This document shows, in pieces, positions 48,213-52,551 of a stretch of 52,551 bases of DNA. The stretch is from Arthrobacter sp. (GTDB lineage Bacteria > Actinomycetota > Actinomycetes > Actinomycetales > Micrococcaceae), in NCBI GenBank assembly GCA_036390955.1, contig DASWAW010000325.1, forward strand, positions 1 through 52,551. Direction: 5' to 3'. The notes beneath the pieces were generated by a model, which was given only the letters and a program-made list of their open reading frames with translations, had not been told where the DNA came from and made no database searches. Both the position numbers and the translations under genes were made by a program. Within the stretch, counting starts at the first letter, position 1, and the number at the start of each line of letters is the position of its first letter.

Positions 48213-49361
48213 CTACTTTCCTGCGGAGGATGTGGGCGGCGTGAGCGTGCCGACGTTCGGGACCGAGGACGGTGAGGTCGTCGGACCGGCCGTCGCTGCA
48301 GGCGCGGGGGCCTTGGGTGTCGCCGATGCGGTGGTGACGGACTTCTCCACGCCGTCGCTGTTGATCTTGCGGTTCTCGGCGTTCATGAACTCGGTGAGGG
48401 ACTCCCCGGAGCCGACACCGCCCCAGGCGACGACCACAGGGGCTCCGCCGTCTGCCCGGTTCAACAGAACGTCGTAACTGACCCGGGACGGGGTCTTGGA
48501 GGTGCCCATGTCCTGGCCCTGCCACTGGACGGCGAAGGTGACCCGGGCGATGACCTGGGTGGGCTTCGGCGCGGAGTCGCCGGCCTTGACATCCTTGCGG
48601 TAGCCGACGGCGGCGACCTGGACATCCGTGGCGGTGACCTGTGCCAGCGGGATGTAGGAGTGAGAGACGTCCGTGTCGCCGACGGAGAGCCGGAGCGTGT
48701 CCGTGTTCCCGGAGGTGAAGGCCTTCACCCAGGCGGTCGCGGACTGGATCATCGGATCAGATGCCGTGACGGTGGTCAGGTTCGGCCAGGAGGTGATGCC
48801 GGGCCAGGTTCCCTTGTCATCCGGTGCCCTCGGGACCAGGGAGGGAAGGCCGATGACCTGCGATCCGCGGACCTTCGAGTAGGCGACCTGGACGGTGGTG
48901 TTGAAGATCTGCCCGGTCGCTGACGCCACCGTGATGTGGTGCATCTGCAGACCCTGCTTCTCGGTGGTCTGGCTGGTGTTCGGGTCGACGACGATCTCCG
49001 GGGTGGCCTGGATGTCGACGCCGTCCCAGGAGAGCAGCTGGCCGCCCGGAAGCGGGGACGGGCTCTGGGCCAGCCAGTTCTGCACCGCCAGCATGGCGGC
49101 CGGCTTCGTTTCCGAAGTCAGCGCGCCCGGCTGGGAGACGGCGGCAGGTTTGGAGTCCAGGATCTTGGGCAGCATGGCCAGGTTTCCGAACGCGGACAGC
49201 GGGAAGCCAACGAACAGGACCGAGACGACCGCGAAGCGGTACAGCTTCTGCCGGCCCGCGGCCTTGTCCTTGAGCTCGACGTCGGCGCGGGGCAGCTCAT
49301 CGGGGTTGCTGAGCCAGCCCACGTCGGGGGTGCTTGCGTTGGTGCGTGTGGTCTTGGCCAT
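48213..49361 (-). CDS. TcpC/VirB8-like conjugation protein
   Basis: N-terminal TM and two extracytoplasmic domains; directly upstream of the VirB4-like gene. Confidence 0.55.
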   Translation of the reverse strand: MAKTTRTNASTPDVGWLSNPDELPRADVELKDKAAGRQKLYRFAVVSVLFVGFPLSAFGNLAMLPKILDSKPAAVSQPGALTSETKPAAMLAVQNWLAQSPSPLPGGQLLSWDGVDIQATPEIVVDPNTSQTTEKQGLQMHHITVASATGQIFNTTVQVAYSKVRGSQVIGLPSLVPRAPDDKGTWPGITSWPNLTTVTASDPMIQSATAWVKAFTSGNTDTLRLSVGDTDVSHSYIPLAQVTATDVQVAAVGYRKDVKAGDSAPKPTQVIARVTFAVQWQGQDMGTSKTPSRVSYDVLLNRADGGAPVVVAWGGVGSGESLTEFMNAENRKINSDGVEKSVTTASATPKAPAPAATAGPTTSPSSVPNVGTLTPPTSSAGK

Positions 49362-49381
49362 GATTGCCTTCCGGGGTGATG

Positions 49382-49993
49382 CTAGGAGCGTTTGATGAGT
49401 TCGCCGGCTGCAGCCAGCTCGGCTTTGGACTCATCGGTCAGGGAAGCGGTGGCCTTGACGATGGCGCCGGATGCCTTGACGATGGCGGCCGGCGGGGTCG
49501 GGGCGCCGACTGCGTCCAGGGCGAACAGCAGGGTCCAGACGTCTTTGAGGGCGCCGCGTTCCAGGGAGGCTGCGATGATGCCGGCTTCCCAGGAGGCGTC
49601 GGACTTGAGCGCGGTGGCGATCTCGTCCAGGTCAGCGGCGGCGGTCTGGGAGGTCCGCGGTGCGGTCATGATTGCGGTGGCCAGGTCGACCGGGTCCGGG
49701 GAGGATCCGACGAGGGTGGCGGCCAGCACGCGGGTGCCTTCGCCGGCTTCGAGGACCTCGACGGTCTTCGCGGCGGCGCGGCGGATCAGGGCCCGGTTGG
49801 ACTTGGCCTGGTTCTTGGCCTTGGCTGCCGGATCCGAGGAAAGGACGGTGTCCTCGGCGGAGGTGTCAGCTTCCTCTTCGTCGGTCTCGGCGTCCTCCAG
49901 ATCCTGGTCGTCCAGGTCGGGAAGTTCGGTCTCTGCTTCGGCGGTGTCGCCGTGCGAGGGGAAGGTCAGGTTCTCGTACGTTGCTGTGCTCAC
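49382..49993 (-). CDS. Hypothetical protein (acidic N-terminus)
   Basis: GAAGGAG RBS, GTG start. Confidence 0.65.
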   Translation of the reverse strand: MSTATYENLTFPSHGDTAEAETELPDLDDQDLEDAETDEEEADTSAEDTVLSSDPAAKAKNQAKSNRALIRRAAAKTVEVLEAGEGTRVLAATLVGSSPDPVDLATAIMTAPRTSQTAAADLDEIATALKSDASWEAGIIAASLERGALKDVWTLLFALDAVGAPTPPAAIVKASGAIVKATASLTDESKAELAAAGELIKRS

Positions 49994-50029
49994 GGGTGTC
50001 GTGCTCCTTCTGGTTGGTCCACCGGGGAA

Positions 50030-50053
50030 CATGCGTAGACCTTGGCGGAACGG
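50030..50053 (-). promoter_or_regulatory. Class B motif CCGTT-N13-CGCATG
   Basis: Upstream of operon 49993->45745. Confidence 0.6.
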
Positions 50054-50059
50054 GCAAAA

Positions 50060-50101
50060 CGACAGAGCCCCGCCACCGGGTAGGTGACAGGGGCTCTGTC
50101 G
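50060..50101 (-). terminator. Rho-independent terminator
   Basis: CGACAGAGCCCC...GGGGCTCTGTCG with a T-tract on the minus strand. Confidence 0.7.
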
Positions 50102-50118
50102 TCGCAGGACGGGGCTGG

Positions 50119-50646
50119 TTAGCCCTTCATGTCCTTGGCGGCACGTGCCTTACCGGCGGCCAGGTCGTCCTCGGTGATCGAGGTGTCCTCGCCGAGGTCC
50201 GAGACGTGCTGGAGGATGCGGAACTTCCGGGTCGGGTCGTCGCGGCCGGTCTGCATTTCCACATACACGAGGACGCGGTGGCCGACCATGTTCTCGCGCA
50301 GGTCCTTGGCGAACGCGGTGACGGAGTCGTTGCCTTCGACGATCTCGGTGCGGACGGTTTCGATGCCTTCGGCGTTGAGCTTCGTCGGGGACGTCTTGAG
50401 GACCACGAAGCCGCGCTTGGAGGACTTCTCCTTGCCGACGTACAGCACGGTGCCGATGAACTTCTTCGCGTCGTCGAGCATGTCGATCGTCTTGGCGATG
50501 TTCGAGCCGTCCGCCAGCAGCGTGGTGAGGTGCTTGGCGTTGGCGATCAGCTTCATCTCCCATTCGGCTGCGCTGTCGCCGACCGCGCCGGTCATGCCGA
50601 CGGCGCCAAGGATGATGTTATTGCGGGTCAGGGTGTCAAGAGCCAA
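50119..50646 (-). CDS. Hypothetical protein (possible OB-fold)
   Basis: Strong codon bias; AGGAAA before the TTG start. Confidence 0.65.
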   Translation of the reverse strand: MALDTLTRNNIILGAVGMTGAVGDSAAEWEMKLIANAKHLTTLLADGSNIAKTIDMLDDAKKFIGTVLYVGKEKSSKRGFVVLKTSPTKLNAEGIETVRTEIVEGNDSVTAFAKDLRENMVGHRVLVYVEMQTGRDDPTRKFRILQHVSDLGEDTSITEDDLAAGKARAAKDMKG

Positions 50647-50699
50647 GGGAATTTCCTGCTTTCATATGTGGGTCATACGGGGTGGTGGGGTGGAACGGA

Positions 50700-52505
50700 C
50701 TAGGCGGCGTCTTCGTCCTCGTCAGGGAAGTCGTGGTCGCTGAGACCGGCGGGAGCCGGGGCGGGCTTGATCGTGGTCACGGTCGCGGCGACCGGGGCCT
50801 CGACGACTGCGGGGACCTCGGCTACCGGGGCGGGAGCTTCGACGACTGCTTCGGCAACAGCCTTGGCAGGAGCCTTGGCGCGGGCCTTGGGGGCAGCCTT
50901 GACCGTTTCGGCGGACTCGGTGGCTGTGATTCCGGCCAGTGCCGCCCACGGGCGCTCGGGAGCCTCGTCGTGGTAGGTGGAGAGGGCAACGGACGTGATG
51001 GCCTTGCACCGGCGCAGAGCCGCGCTGGCCCATTCGTCCCACGCGGCTTCGTCCTGGCCGAACGGCAGGGGAAGCGTGTCGATCACGGAGCGCAGGGCAC
51101 CGCGCATCCGGGTGTTGGCGCCATCCATCAGGGACCTGGACCCGGTCCAGTGGAACTGGGCGTCAGAGACGATGGAAAGGAACGTGAAGGCCAGGGCCTT
51201 GACGGTCGAACCCTTAAGTTCGATCCCGGCCTTGGAGAGTACGTCAACGGCCAGGCTGGCGTTGCCAATGGCGGCAATGGACGCGAACGAGTTGGGGTTC
51301 AACTCGCCGTCGGCGGTTTCGATCCAAACCTTGTCCTCGGTGATTTTCGGCATATCTTCCTCATCGGAGTCGTTTTTCGGGTTCTCCCCGCTGACATTCA
51401 TGTGTGCGGCAAGCTCGCTGGCCCTCTCCACCAGCGCGAGGTCTTCGGCCGGGATTTTTGACAGGTCCGGGGCGAAGAGAATGAGGTTCCCGTCGCTGTC
51501 CACGGAGTCATCCGGAACCGGCTCGGGAGCAGCCGCGGCGCCGGGGCGCAGGGACGGGATTCCCAGGTCGGTGGCGGAGAGCAGGCCGTCGATCTTGCCT
51601 TCCTTGCCCTCGGCCTTGGCGACCGGGCAGGAGTTCACGAGCGGGCACCAGCCGCACAGGGCGGAAACCTTCGTGGGGAACTCAGCGTTCTTCATGTACC
51701 GGTTGTGCCGGTCCCAGGAGAGCTTGAACGTCTTCAGGGTCTTGGCCATGGCGGACTCGGACAGGTCCACATCGCGCTTCTCACCGAACTTCGTGTAGAG
51801 CACGGTGGCGCCGACAGCCTTCTCGCCGGTCTTCGCTTCCAGGGCCGCAGCGTAGATCCTCAGCTGGTCCCCGTGGTCGTCGCCGTAGCGCAGGCTGTAC
51901 TTCGACGGGACCTTACCCGTCTTAAAATCTTCAGCTATCAGGCCGTATTTCTGAGTGATCGCACCAGTGCCTTCCTGGATCCGGTCGATGAATCCGTTGA
52001 TCGGGACACCGTTGAGGAACAGTCCGTCGATCTGCGTTTCGCGGCCCCACACGTTGATGGATTTCGGGTCCTCGATCGTCCACAGGCCCTCGTAGGAGGT
52101 GCGGACATCGGCGATCCAGCGGTAGCGGTTGATCCGCACGGCGGCGCGTACAGCGTCGTCAGCGTTCGGGTCATCGGCCCAGAGCTTGTCGGCGTGGCGT
52201 TCGACGATGCTGGCGGCGGTGCGCATGGTCCGCATTTCGACGGCAAATTCACGGACGTCGAACAGGTCTTCCAGGACCGCGTGGCCGGAGGTTCCCAGGG
52301 GCGCCGGCGCGAACGGGTCTTCCTCTTCGGAGCGCAGCAGGCGCTCCCCTACCCAGCGCGCGGCGCACGACTGCATGGACTTGGACGTGGACGGCGACAG
52401 TGCGGCACGCCTCAGCTTGTTTTCGACGAGCCCGTCGCCGGTGACGACGAGCGTCTTGCCGTCCCAGGCGAGCTTGTCGCGGAGCAGTGGCGTGTGATTG
52501 GTCAT
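50700..52505 (-). CDS. RecB/PD-(D/E)XK exonuclease-family protein with an extra C-terminal domain
   Basis: LSPS...C, GTSGH.VLE, GFIDRI, EDFKTG, QLRIY, LCGWCP...CP. Confidence 0.85.
   Translation of the reverse strand: MTNHTPLLRDKLAWDGKTLVVTGDGLVENKLRRAALSPSTSKSMQSCAARWVGERLLRSEEEDPFAPAPLGTSGHAVLEDLFDVREFAVEMRTMRTAASIVERHADKLWADDPNADDAVRAAVRINRYRWIADVRTSYEGLWTIEDPKSINVWGRETQIDGLFLNGVPINGFIDRIQEGTGAITQKYGLIAEDFKTGKVPSKYSLRYGDDHGDQLRIYAAALEAKTGEKAVGATVLYTKFGEKRDVDLSESAMAKTLKTFKLSWDRHNRYMKNAEFPTKVSALCGWCPLVNSCPVAKAEGKEGKIDGLLSATDLGIPSLRPGAAAAPEPVPDDSVDSDGNLILFAPDLSKIPAEDLALVERASELAAHMNVSGENPKNDSDEEDMPKITEDKVWIETADGELNPNSFASIAAIGNASLAVDVLSKAGIELKGSTVKALAFTFLSIVSDAQFHWTGSRSLMDGANTRMRGALRSVIDTLPLPFGQDEAAWDEWASAALRRCKAITSVALSTYHDEAPERPWAALAGITATESAETVKAAPKARAKAPAKAVAEAVVEAPAPVAEVPAVVEAPVAATVTTIKPAPAPAGLSDHDFPDEDEDAA
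51401..51409 (-). promoter_or_regulatory. Class C motif inside the CDS, upstream of in-frame ATG 51353
   Basis: CCGCACACA followed by GAGGAAGAT-ATG. Confidence 0.5.
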
Positions 52506-52512
52506 GTACTTT

Positions 52513-52550
52513 CTATGCGTCCAAGGCGACCACGGGTGTCGTTTTTTGCA
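52513..52550 (-). promoter_or_regulatory. Extended class A motif
   Basis: TGCAAAAAACGACACCCGTG-N11-CGCATAGAAAG; CGCATA lies 8 nt before ATG 52505. Confidence 0.75.
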
Positions 52551-52551
52551 C

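Noticed and set aside
50662-50673. CCCACATATG upstream of 50646 as a class C site
   Set aside because: Too divergent from CCGCACACA to count.
1-52551. Prophage
   Set aside because: No terminase, capsid, tail or integrase recognisable in the window; conjugation genes dominate. A phage-plasmid cannot be excluded from this window alone.

Overview
High-GC actinobacterial (Arthrobacter/Micrococcaceae-like, inferred from protein content) DNA that looks like part of a large conjugative plasmid or ICE. It has about 48 CDS: a Tad/Flp pilus cluster; scattered Gram-positive conjugation genes (VirB4-like ATPase, TcpC/TcpE-like and polytopic membrane proteins, CHAP hydrolase); a DNA-metabolism kit (DnaE, SSB, intein-containing SNF2 helicase, DUF4379-repeat helicase, DinG, RecB-type nuclease, resolvase-like nuclease, adenine MTase, NrdH); and a host-like fabG. 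The most striking hidden structure is a private transcription programme. Twenty-eight copies of three related promoter-like motifs (A: CCGT[CG]-N11-CGCATAG; B: CCGTN-N13-CGCATG; C: CCGCACAC[A]) sit upstream of most genes, often 8-10 nt before the start codon, and sort roughly by function. Two divergent sigma70-like ORFs are also present. Other signals: a shared N-terminal G-[VI]-P-x-G-G-[QE]-F-A peptide on unrelated proteins, SsrA-like C-terminal -AA ends on nine proteins, and inverted helically phased GGTCC/GGACC arrays at a DUF2637-HTH gene. All calls were made by eye; no database searches were run.
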